Below are positions 1 through 11,337 of a stretch of DNA of 64,000 nt, one piece after another. Position numbers and translations under genes: made by a program. Position 1 is the first letter of the stretch, and every line of letters starts with the position of its first letter. The notes below the pieces were generated by a model, which had not been told where the DNA came from, did no database searches, and saw nothing but the letters and a program-made list of their open reading frames with translations. Source of the stretch: an uncultured Syntrophus sp. (GTDB lineage: Bacteria > Desulfobacterota > Syntrophia > Syntrophales > UBA5619); assembly GCA_964552725.1 (NCBI GenBank), contig CAZKHU010000001.1, positions 2,941 to 66,940 on the forward strand, written 5' to 3'.

Positions 1-1
1 C

Positions 2-814
2 CAGGCGGGGCTGGCGCTTGAGGAATGTCGCAGGATTTTTATCACCCATTTTCATATGGATCACTGCGGTCTGGCGGGCCTCATTAAGGAACGTTCCGGG
101 GCAGCGATCAGCCTCTCGGAAATTGACGCGCAGACGATTCGCACGTTTGCTTTGGATAGCGACCGCGTTTGGCGGATGGAGGCCTTCTGCATAGAGCACG
201 GCCTTGATAAAGCCACGATTGGGGAAATTGCCAGCACCTTCACCTCTTTTGAGCAGGCGACCCTGCCTTTTACCGCCGACAGCCATCTGGCCGACGGCGA
301 ACAGCTTGTTGCCGGCGACCGGGAACTGAGAGTGGTCGCAACCCCGGGCCACAGCCGCGGTCATCTCTCGTTTTACCTGCCCGCGGAACGCGCCTTGATC
401 TCCGGGGACCACATCCTCCCGCATATCACGTCGAATCTGAGCCCTGATCTGATCGACCCCAAATTTCATCCGCTGGAGAGCTTTCTTGACTCCATGACCA
501 AGGTAGAGGAACTGGAGATTAAGACCATCTGGCCCTCGCACGGGCGTCCCTTTACCAATCTCCGGGGAAGGATTGCCGATGTCCGCAAACATCACGCCGA
601 AAGATCGCTGCTTGCCTTTCAGGCCCTCGATGAGGGGGCGAAAACAGCAAGGCAGGTTTCCCAGTTCATCTTTGGAGACAGCCTGCCTGTTTTTGACCGT
701 CTGCTCGCCCTGAACGAAAGCTACGTTCATCTTGTTACGCTGGAGAAAAGGGGCTTGATCGGCAGAAGGAAAACCGTTGGCGGGCTCTGTCTTTTTGAAC
801 ATTTGCCAAGATGA
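2..814 (+). CDS. MBL-fold metallo-hydrolase (5' end outside window)
   Basis: The frame is open from base 2. The translation ...ITHFHMDHCG carries the HxHxDH zinc motif, followed by ATPGHSRGH and SGDH. The ORF track starts at internal Met 56. Confidence 0.75.
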   Translation, partial: QAGLALEECRRIFITHFHMDHCGLAGLIKERSGAAISLSEIDAQTIRTFALDSDRVWRMEAFCIEHGLDKATIGEIASTFTSFEQATLPFTADSHLADGEQLVAGDRELRVVATPGHSRGHLSFYLPAERALISGDHILPHITSNLSPDLIDPKFHPLESFLDSMTKVEELEIKTIWPSHGRPFTNLRGRIADVRKHHAERSLLAFQALDEGAKTARQVSQFIFGDSLPVFDRLLALNESYVHLVTLEKRGLIGRRKTVGGLCLFEHLPR

Positions 815-945
815 GACACTCATTAAGGCACGCCGTCACAAAGAAGGATCAGTGTATATCAAAAATTTACGCACGCATTTTATGAACATTAAACCGCGTT
901 TTCAAGCAAAGGTTTACAAGCGGAAAAACTTAGGGAGGTGAAGCC

Positions 946-3844
<2,899 letters not shown>

Positions 3845-3866
<22 letters not shown>

Positions 3867-5344
3867 AGGATTGCCTCGGCGCCTTTCCCCTGAACAGAGC
3901 GAATATCCAGTCTTCCCCCGTGCAATTTCGCGATATCGCTGACAATTGGCAGACCCAGCCCTCTGAATCCCTCCTCTTCGCGGGTGCTGAAAAACGGCTC
4001 GCAGATCCTCTCGATAATTTCCGGAGAAATGCCGCTGCCGGTATCGGCAACTGAGATAAACAACTCTTTTTGATCCTCCGTCGTCCCCGCAAAGACCTTT
4101 ATTTTCCCACCCTGCGGCATCGCTTCCAGGGCGTTCTGGATCATGTTGAACAAGGCAGTCTGTATACGGTTGCGGTCGGCGCAGATCTTCGGCAGATCCT
4201 TTTCACAATCAATGGTTATTTCAGTATTTGCCTTGATGATGAGCGGTTCCGCCAGGGAAATGGTCTCGTTGAGAATTTCTCCGACATCGACTGTTTCAAA
4301 ATGCGCATCCGGAGGACGGGTGGCAAGTTTCACCTTCTTGATGACGGTTTGCAAGCGGTGCGTCTGCTGGATGATGAGTTCCAGTTTTCTTTCTACATCC
4401 GGCGGCCAGTTGCCCCGTTCCTGGAGCAGGGAGGCCAAACCAGCGATGGAGTGGAGAGGGGTCCCGAGGTCGTGGGCGATAGTGGCAGTCAGATATCCCA
4501 TCGCGGCGAGCCGCTGCAGCGAGTCAACCTGTTTCTGAAGTTCAACAGCCTTCTGAGTTTCCTCGCGAACGCGATCCTCGAGAGACCCGGTCAATTCCAC
4601 GTTTTTCGCAATTACCCGCTCTATTTCAGCCGCCATTGAATTGAAATGTTTTCCCAGACGTCCCCACTCGTCGCGGCGAATATCCGGAATGCGTTCCAGA
4701 TAGCGTCCACGCTGAAACGCATCTATTGCGCCGATAATGACTCCGAGCGGCCGGTCGATTATCAGGCGGTAGCTTGCCGCAAGAATAATCAAAATAACGA
4801 GGAGCAATCCGGCGGCGCTGATAAAAAACAGACGTTGCGCCCTCATCATGATTTCCTCGTAACCTCTGCTGAAGGTTATCACGCCGACGACAAACTGAGT
4901 CTTGCGGGACTTTTCGGATATTGCCGGATACAGCAAGCCGGTTGCGGGGCCGTCTTCCGTTTTTACACTGACGTACTTGGGCCTGCGGGATGCAGCAACG
5001 GAACTTGCCAGTTCCTGCGGCCATTCGTAACGCACCCGCCCGGCGCCGGCCATGTACTCGATGTAATCGATATCGTAATTAACGACGGTAAAAATGTCTA
5101 TGCGGGCGAGACGAGAGTCGGATTGAATTTGCTCCTTGAGGGTGGCATCGAGGGTGGAAAGACCCCTGCCGGTTGGAAAATGGCTGTAATATGAGCTGAC
5201 CGTTTCGGCAACGCTGGCAAGTCGCCTCTCTTGCTGTTCAACAAGAATTCTCTCCAGCGCCTGCATCTGCATCCATCCCCAGAAAGCCATCGTGAAAACC
5301 AGACCCAGGACGGTCACGATTATCAGACGCAGGCGGATAGTCAT
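3845..5344 (-). CDS. membrane sensor histidine kinase (2 TM, HAMP, HisKA, HATPase_c)
   Basis: N-terminal TM segment, a second TM around residue 180, H-box TIAHDLGTPLHSI, N-box NALEAMPQGG, and G-boxes DTGSGI / GLGLPIV. Its 3' end overlaps the convergent regulator gene by 22 bp. Confidence 0.85.
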
Positions 5345-5482
5345 ATTTCAACTCTCCGGATTAATGTTTCTTTGGAACGTACTGATGTTTTCATGGCCGC
5401 CCTATAGGACAATCATACGATGAAAGCAATGCAATTTAACGGGATTATTTCTAAATAGTGATTGCTCCGGCTGTTCAGCGCC

Positions 5483-5520
5483 GAAAAAATGAAAGGGGAG
5501 CGGGGAAAACCCCGCACCCC
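5483..5520 (-). terminator. Rho-independent terminator downstream of the small K/A-rich gene
   Basis: Minus-sense GGGGUGCGGGG-UUUU-CCCCGCUCCCC (11-bp GC stem) followed by UUUCAUUUUUU. Confidence 0.65.
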
Positions 5521-5544
5521 TTAACATCAGGTAAAAAACAGGAA

Positions 5545-5784
5545 TTACTTCGTGTCCGGAGCCGCAGCTTCATCCTTCTTCTCTGCCTTTTTTGCGGCCT
5601 TCTTCTTGGAAACCTTCTTCTTTACAACCTTTTTCTCAGCCTTTGCATCAGCGGCCTTTACATCCTTGGCCGGCTCGGAAACTGCTGTTGCCGCGGGGGC
5701 TGCCGGAGCCGGTTTCTCTGCGGCAATCGCGAAGGTGGAGAACATGAAAACCAAACCCACAACCAATACCATTAAACGCTTCAT
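5545..5784 (-). CDS. small secreted Lys/Ala-rich low-complexity protein (79 aa)
   Basis: Strong SD (GAGGAGGAAAG) upstream. Sec-type signal peptide MKRLMVLVVGLVFMFSTFAIA/AE. The mature part is rich in A, K, P and E (KKVVKKKVSKKKAAKKAEKK). A terminator follows. Confidence 0.55.
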   Translation of the reverse strand: MKRLMVLVVGLVFMFSTFAIAAEKPAPAAPAATAVSEPAKDVKAADAKAEKKVVKKKVSKKKAAKKAEKKDEAAAPDTK

Positions 5785-5883
5785 CTTAACTTTCCTCCTC
5801 TTTGTTTTTAATTTTCCTTCCGTGCCTCAACTGAAGTGCGATAAGGATATGCCCGCCTTCACCGATAATCTGAAGGCAAAAAA

Positions 5884-6246
5884 CTATTTAACAATTGGCG
5901 CCGTTTCCGGCGCTGTTGAATTGAAAACCCTGCCGATGCCTTTTTTTACCGGCTTGGCAACCACCGTCTTTTTGGCCTTCTGCGCCCTTATCAGGATATA
6001 TTTCATATCTTTTTGCTTGTAGCTTATCTTCATCTGCGCACCTATTTCGATATCCTGAAGAGGCCTTTCCAGCACAAATTCCATTACTTCAGTTTCACCC
6101 TTTACCGCTCTCTCTATTTTAAGGGAGGTTTCTGATATCTCAAGCACCCGTCCTGCGGCGTTCATAACAGGAGCTTTTGGGGCTGCAAAGGCAACCGTAA
6201 GGTTGAAAAGGATCAGCATTGCCAAAGATAGAAAGATATTTTTCAT
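5884..6246 (-). CDS. hypothetical secreted protein (120 aa)
   Basis: Start moved to MKNIFLSLAMLILFNLTVAFA/AP (signal peptide). The C-terminal tail is K-rich. The gene lies directly upstream of, and in the same direction as, the K/A-rich gene. Confidence 0.5.
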   Translation of the reverse strand: MKNIFLSLAMLILFNLTVAFAAPKAPVMNAAGRVLEISETSLKIERAVKGETEVMEFVLERPLQDIEIGAQMKISYKQKDMKYILIRAQKAKKTVVAKPVKKGIGRVFNSTAPETAPIVK

Positions 6247-6446
6247 GTCCCTTTTTCCTTTAACGCTTCCAGGTATTCGCCCCGGCTGCAGCCTCTTAAA
6301 GCAATATGCTTGCCAAAAGCGCAAGAATCGTTCTTGTCATTGAAATCATTGACAACAATCGTCAGTTAATTTGCTGAATGAGGAGTGCGGAGGATATTTC
6401 GTCGGTAAAACAGCGGAAGACTTCCCCACTGCCGGGTAGCGATTGG

Positions 6447-7454
6447 TCAACTTTTCGCGATCATCTCGATGGCCGCCGGGACAATTTCCAGTTCCGCCGG
6501 CAGAATCCCCGGCTGTTCGCCGTCAATATCGAACAGAACCCGCGCTTCGGAGGCAAGGCTTACCTTCTTGCAGGCTTTAACGAAAACCCCGGGAATGCTC
6601 TTTATCTTCCCGTTGTAGAGCTTCGGCAGCCTCATGATAACCAGCGGAAGGCTCATGGCGCCTATAACCGTCAAATGAAAAAGGCCATCGTCCATAACCG
6701 CATCAGGAGCAACCAGCATTCCGCCGCCCTGATATCGTCCGTTGGCAACGGCGATGTGGAAGATGTCTCTTGTAATTTTTTTGTCGTCATCCACGCTGAT
6801 TGCAACGCCCTTTTCCCTGTATGAAATAAGGGTCCGCAGCGTCCCCCAGATAAAGGTCACAAAAGGACCGAGGGCCTTGCTCGTGCGGTTCACCCTCTCC
6901 ACCACCTCGCCTCCCAGACCAAAACTCGCGATATTGTGGAAATATCTGGTGGTTGTCCCGCCCTGATGATTTCGAAAGCGGATGCGTCCCAGATCGATCC
7001 TTCGCGTCGAAGCGTTCTTGATGGATTGCAAAGCGGCCCTTATTCCGGACGGAGCAAAAAAGGTGCGGGCAAAATCGCAACCGGTGCCGTTGGGGATGAA
7101 GCCGAGGACGGTCTCCCTGCGGATCAGGACATCATTATCGAAAAACCCGTTGATAACCTCATTGAGCGTGCCATCACCGCCTACACAAACGATAATGTCC
7201 GCTCCCTCCAGAATACAAGCTCTCGTCAAGGCTGTGGCATCACCCGGTTTTTTGGTAAGACATGATCCAAACGGGCCCAGAGCCTCTTCGGCCAGCCGGC
7301 TGATTTTCTGCCATTCCCGCCCCGTCTTGCCATTCCCCGAATGGGGATTTACTATAAAGGCGATTTTTCTGGAATTCAACTCCAAATTCAGCGCTCCCAG
7401 GACTTTCGACAAGGAAAGCTTGATGTTCAGAAAAATAACGAAGAACGGCCGCAC
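6447..7454 (-). CDS. diacylglycerol/lipid kinase family protein (YegS/BmrU-like)
   Basis: IAFIVNPHSGNGK and CVGGDGTLNEV motifs of the DAGK catalytic domain. The true start may be the TTG near 7385. Confidence 0.8.
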   Translation of the reverse strand: MRPFFVIFLNIKLSLSKVLGALNLELNSRKIAFIVNPHSGNGKTGREWQKISRLAEEALGPFGSCLTKKPGDATALTRACILEGADIIVCVGGDGTLNEVINGFFDNDVLIRRETVLGFIPNGTGCDFARTFFAPSGIRAALQSIKNASTRRIDLGRIRFRNHQGGTTTRYFHNIASFGLGGEVVERVNRTSKALGPFVTFIWGTLRTLISYREKGVAISVDDDKKITRDIFHIAVANGRYQGGGMLVAPDAVMDDGLFHLTVIGAMSLPLVIMRLPKLYNGKIKSIPGVFVKACKKVSLASEARVLFDIDGEQPGILPAELEIVPAAIEMIAKS

Positions 7455-7521
7455 CTATAGCACAGATATTGCAGCGTGGGTAGTCATAAAGACCAAAAAA
7501 ATTGCTTTCCCCATTTGTTTT

Positions 7522-8160
7522 ATGCTATCCCCAAAAAACTTTCAGGCTCATGATCCAGCGAGTTCCGCCAAGGTTGAGTATCTCTTTCAGGAAAACGGAG
7601 AATATCCGGTGCAGAGTTTTTTAAATAAGTTGAGGCTGATTTTTGCGTTGCTGCTCTTTCCTTTCCGGGCTGTCCTGAACAGACTGGGAATTGACCCGGA
7701 TATCGCCGGAAATGTCAATTCCTGCTATCGTGAAGAGTTCACCCGGATTTCCCCCTCGGAAAAGGCGGTCATCCTGCCCCACTGCCTGACCGGCGATAAC
7801 TGCCGCGCCCATTTCTCCAAAAATGAAGGCGTTCTCTGCATGAAGTGCGGAAATTGCCGCTGCGGCGAGATTCTCGCGCTGTGCAAGGAGAACGGCTGGC
7901 AGTTTTACATCTCTCCCAGCACCAATTTTACGAAACGGCTTGTGGAAAGGAAGGACCTCCGGGCGGCGATTGGCGCGGCCTGCGATTACGAGATCGAACG
8001 GGGAATAAAATCAACCCGGATAACCGGCAGAGGGGTCCATCTGAAAAAGCGGCGGCTCATTCCCCAGGTCATTGTGGCGGCGCGTTATGATTGCCTTCAC
8101 AATGACATAGACTGGGAGGGGCTGCGCAATATGATCTTATCCGAAAGGGACTGCGCTTGA
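7522..8160 (+). CDS. DUF116-like Cys-rich membrane-associated protein
   Basis: Only the 3' part of track ORF 6982..8160 is plausible, because the 5' part is antisense to the lipid kinase. Hydrophobic segment LRLIFALLLFPF and Cys cluster HCLTGDNC...CMKCGNCRCGE. The start is uncertain. Confidence 0.6.
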   Translation: MLSPKNFQAHDPASSAKVEYLFQENGEYPVQSFLNKLRLIFALLLFPFRAVLNRLGIDPDIAGNVNSCYREEFTRISPSEKAVILPHCLTGDNCRAHFSKNEGVLCMKCGNCRCGEILALCKENGWQFYISPSTNFTKRLVERKDLRAAIGAACDYEIERGIKSTRITGRGVHLKKRRLIPQVIVAARYDCLHNDIDWEGLRNMILSERDCA

Positions 8161-9587
8161 TTGCAGACGGGAAGAGCGGCATCCAGGCGGCGTCCGGGCG
8201 GGCCGGTGCAAAAAGCGGCGTCCGGGCGGGCTCGACGGAGGGAAAAGACAAGCGCGTTATCGTAATCGGCGGGGGCGCCGGAGGCATGATGGCCGCCGGC
8301 AGGGCTGCGGAAAGAGGGGCAAAGGTCGTCCTGCTCGAAAAGACGGGGGAGCCGGGCAAGAAAATCCTGATCAGCGGAAAATCCCGCTGCAACCTGTCCA
8401 ACACCCGCAACATCGATGAATTTCTGCCCATGTACGGCCCCAATGGCCGCTTTCTCCACGGCGCTTTTCACCGCTTTTTCCGGGATGACCTGCTTGCTTT
8501 TCTGTCTCGATTCGGAGTTGAAACAAAGGCCGAACGGGGCGGACGGATTTTTCCCGTATCCGACAACGCGGCGGATGTCGTGAGGGCCTTCCGGAGCTAT
8601 CTGAAAGAAGGCAAGGTAGAACTGCTCGTAAATTCGCCGGCAAGCAGAATCGTTGCCGAAAAAGGAAGGGTTGTAGGGGTGCAAACGCGGCAGGGTTTTT
8701 TACCGGCTGGGGCCGCAATCCTTGCCGCGGGCGGCGCAAGCTGGCAGGAAACCGGTTCCAATGGCGACGGCTTCCGGCTTGCGGCCGCGGTTGGGCACAG
8801 AATCGTAAATCCCCGGCCGGCGCTCGTTCCGCTGATTGTCGCGGAGCTGGAGACGGCAAAGTCGATGCAGGGGGTAAGCCTGAAGAACGTCCGGCTTACA
8901 GCCTTTCGCGGAGAACCTGACAGTTTTTCTCCGGCCCTTGTCCCGCAAGAAGACAGCGGGCGGGGTCTGGAGCGGAAACGAAAAAAAGGCGCCGTAATCG
9001 AAAGCCGGATGGGGGAAATGCTCTTTACTCACTTCGGGATAGGCGGACCGATCACGCTGCTTATGAGCCTTGCCGTCGTGGACGCCCTCACGGAAGGCCC
9101 GGTCAGCGTCGCCATCGACCTTAAACCCGCCCTTTCCCTCGAGGAACTGCGCACCCGCCTGCAGCGGGATTTCGACGCGGGCGGCAAACGAAACTTCCGG
9201 AACCTGCTGGCGGGCCTGCTCCCCCGCAAGATGATCGAGCCGTTTCTCCGCATGTGCGGAATCCCTGCAGAACGGACGGGAAGTCAGATTACGGCCCCGG
9301 AGCGCGAACGGCTTCTGCTGCTTTTGAAGGGTCTCTGCTTTACCGTCAAGGGGCCGCTGCCGCTGAACTCGGCAATTGTTACCGCAGGCGGCGTATCGCT
9401 TGCCGAGATCGATCCGCGAACGATGGCCTCCCGGCTGGTTGGCGGCCTCTTCTTCTGCGGGGAGGTAATGGACATCGACGCCGACACCGGCGGCTACAAT
9501 CTCCAGGCGGCCTTCTCCACCGGCCATCTCGCCGGAGAGTCGGCCGCCGCCTACGTGCAACGTCAGAAAGAGGATGCGGAATCCTAA
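8157..9587 (+). CDS. HI0933/BaiN-like NAD(P)/FAD-dependent oxidoreductase
   Basis: Dinucleotide fold VIVIGGGAGGMMAAGRAAERGAKVVLLEK and the family motif KILISGKSRCNLSN. The TTG start overlaps the DUF116 stop (TTGA). Confidence 0.8.
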   Translation: MIADGKSGIQAASGRAGAKSGVRAGSTEGKDKRVIVIGGGAGGMMAAGRAAERGAKVVLLEKTGEPGKKILISGKSRCNLSNTRNIDEFLPMYGPNGRFLHGAFHRFFRDDLLAFLSRFGVETKAERGGRIFPVSDNAADVVRAFRSYLKEGKVELLVNSPASRIVAEKGRVVGVQTRQGFLPAGAAILAAGGASWQETGSNGDGFRLAAAVGHRIVNPRPALVPLIVAELETAKSMQGVSLKNVRLTAFRGEPDSFSPALVPQEDSGRGLERKRKKGAVIESRMGEMLFTHFGIGGPITLLMSLAVVDALTEGPVSVAIDLKPALSLEELRTRLQRDFDAGGKRNFRNLLAGLLPRKMIEPFLRMCGIPAERTGSQITAPERERLLLLLKGLCFTVKGPLPLNSAIVTAGGVSLAEIDPRTMASRLVGGLFFCGEVMDIDADTGGYNLQAAFSTGHLAGESAAAYVQRQKEDAES

Positions 9588-9647
9588 GGGCTTCAAATTC
9601 CCAGTTGAACATCATCGCCAGCCGTTGCTGCTGCCAAAGGAGGTATT

Positions 9648-10730
9648 ATGTCGAGAGTAATGATCCATCCGGCTACTTACGAAACGCTTCAGCCCGCCGT
9701 GGAAAGGGCCTTTGCGCTTTTCCCCTTAGAGCTGAAAAATAAAAAAGTGCTCATCAAGCCCAACCTGCTGCGGGGGTCAGCGGCTGAAGAGGGGGTGGTC
9801 ACCCATCCCGCCGTGTTGAGGGCCGTCGTCGAAAAAGTGGAAAGCATGGGGCCCGCCTCCCTTGTGGTCGGAGACAATCCGGGCATTTTCGGCTATGGCG
9901 CCAACGAGGCCTGCTTTAAGCAAACCGGACTGATGGAGGCCGCCGGGGGATATTACCGGAATATCGGCAACGATGCCCGCAAGATGGCTTTCAACCCGGC
10001 CTTTATGCCACAGGTCAGCATCTCCCAGGCAGTGCTGGATGCCGATGTAATCATCAGCCTGCCCAAATTCAAAACCCATGGATTGACGGTAATTACCGGC
10101 GCCCTCAAGAACAGCTACGGATTTCTCCCCGGCGCCCAGAAGGCCATGTTGCACAAGGCCGCCGGCAACCCGCAGCGTTTTCAGGAAGCAGTGGTCGAGG
10201 TGTTCCGGCTGCGCGTGCCGGAACTGTTCATCATGGATGCGGTGGTGGGCATGGAAGGCAACGGCCCTGCTTCGCCGGATCTGCGCGACGTCGGCGTAAT
10301 CATGGCAGCCGACAATGCGGTCGCCATGGATGCGGTGGTCGCCTATATGATGGGTTGCGACCCGGGGCAGCTCCCCTTTCTCCAGTGGGCCAAAAAGCTC
10401 GGCCTGGGCGATTTCGACCTTGAACATATCCAGATAGACGGAGAACTGCTGCGAATACCCAATTTCAAACTGCCCCCGCTCGGCGGCAGCGCCATTGCCG
10501 GCAGCGCCATTGCCGGCAACGCCGTCGTCCAGGATTTTTTGCACAGCCGGACAATCCTCCGCCCCCAGGCCAACCCGGAGCTGTGCACGGGCTGCGGCGC
10601 CTGCATAGCGCAGTGCCCGGTCGGCGCCTTGTCCATGAATGAAAATTTGCCCCGGGTAGCGGACGGCGCCTGCATCGTCTGTTTTTGTTGTCAGGAAATT
10701 TGCCCGGAAAAGGCCATTGCTCTGGCATAA
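9648..10730 (+). CDS. DUF362-domain protein with C-terminal 2x[4Fe-4S] ferredoxin domain
   Basis: AAAGGAGG SD upstream. DUF362-like N-terminal region (VLIKPNLL..., PKFKTHGLT). C-terminal CTGCGACIAQCP and CIVCFCCQEICP motifs. Confidence 0.75.
   Translation: MSRVMIHPATYETLQPAVERAFALFPLELKNKKVLIKPNLLRGSAAEEGVVTHPAVLRAVVEKVESMGPASLVVGDNPGIFGYGANEACFKQTGLMEAAGGYYRNIGNDARKMAFNPAFMPQVSISQAVLDADVIISLPKFKTHGLTVITGALKNSYGFLPGAQKAMLHKAAGNPQRFQEAVVEVFRLRVPELFIMDAVVGMEGNGPASPDLRDVGVIMAADNAVAMDAVVAYMMGCDPGQLPFLQWAKKLGLGDFDLEHIQIDGELLRIPNFKLPPLGGSAIAGSAIAGNAVVQDFLHSRTILRPQANPELCTGCGACIAQCPVGALSMNENLPRVADGACIVCFCCQEICPEKAIALA
10485..10523 (+). repeat. in-frame 15-bp tandem repeat (2 full copies plus a partial third) inside the DUF362 gene
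   Basis: ggcagcgccattgcc occurs at 10485-10499 and 10500-10514, followed by ggcaacgcc. It encodes GSAIA-GSAIA-GNA. Confidence 0.85.
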
Positions 10731-10805
10731 GCAGGGAAAATAGTGTAAAGGAACTCTGAATTTTTCTCTCAATAACAATTTTTACGCAGAATCAGGAGGT
10801 TTCCC

Positions 10806-11195
10806 ATGATTGCAATGAATGCCAAAGACGTCCTTAAAACAAAGGTCGAGACCATCTCCTACAAGGGCACGCCCCAGCAGGTAAGGGACGTTTGGATACA
10901 GTGGCTCTCCAAGGCCGGTCCCGAAGCGGCCCCGGATTACGGACTGCGTTTTTTCACGGTCGGCCCGGGCGGCGAGGTGCCGATTCACAGCCACTCCTAT
11001 TACCAGACCACCTATGTCCTGTCGGGGAGTCTCTTGGTTGTGTCTTACGATGAAAACGACAAGGCAACCGGGGAAAGGGTTCTGGGTCCCCACGACTTCG
11101 TCTATCTCCCGACGATGGAGCCGCACAGCATGAAAAACGCGAGCGACACGGAGGAATGCACCTTTTTGTGCAGCATCGCCAATATAAGGGAGTAG
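10806..11195 (+). CDS. cupin-domain protein
   Basis: CAGGAGG SD upstream. Cupin motifs GGEVPIHSHSY and PTMEPHSMKN. Confidence 0.7.
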   Translation: MIAMNAKDVLKTKVETISYKGTPQQVRDVWIQWLSKAGPEAAPDYGLRFFTVGPGGEVPIHSHSYYQTTYVLSGSLLVVSYDENDKATGERVLGPHDFVYLPTMEPHSMKNASDTEECTFLCSIANIRE

Positions 11196-11337
11196 CGTTC
11201 CCTACATGGCGGCAAACCGGAGTCCGCGGCAACTTCTTGCGATTCGGGCTTGCAGGGAGACGGCAACGTAACGCTCACTGTTTGCTGCCCAATGTCCAGG
11301 GAAAATTTTTGCCGAAAAATTGCAGGATGATCAGCCC

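Noticed and set aside
5458-6022. Two plus-strand ORFs overlapping the K/A-rich gene
   Set aside because: They are mirror-image low-complexity translations (Phe/Leu/Ala-rich) of the minus-strand gene. That gene has the SD, signal peptide and terminator.
6982-7521. 5' two-fifths of the 392-aa plus-strand ORF
   Set aside because: This part is antisense to the lipid-kinase gene and has no protein features. Only the portion from about 7522 (DUF116-like) is credible.
9777-10778. 333-aa minus-strand ORF, together with similar long antisense ORFs (14073..14960, 25269..26219, 28632..29597, 30475..31688, 40141..41115, 55104..56900, 60846..61358)
   Set aside because: Each is antisense to a gene with strong family motifs. 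They have skewed Arg/Gly/His/Pro composition and no SD or motif support.
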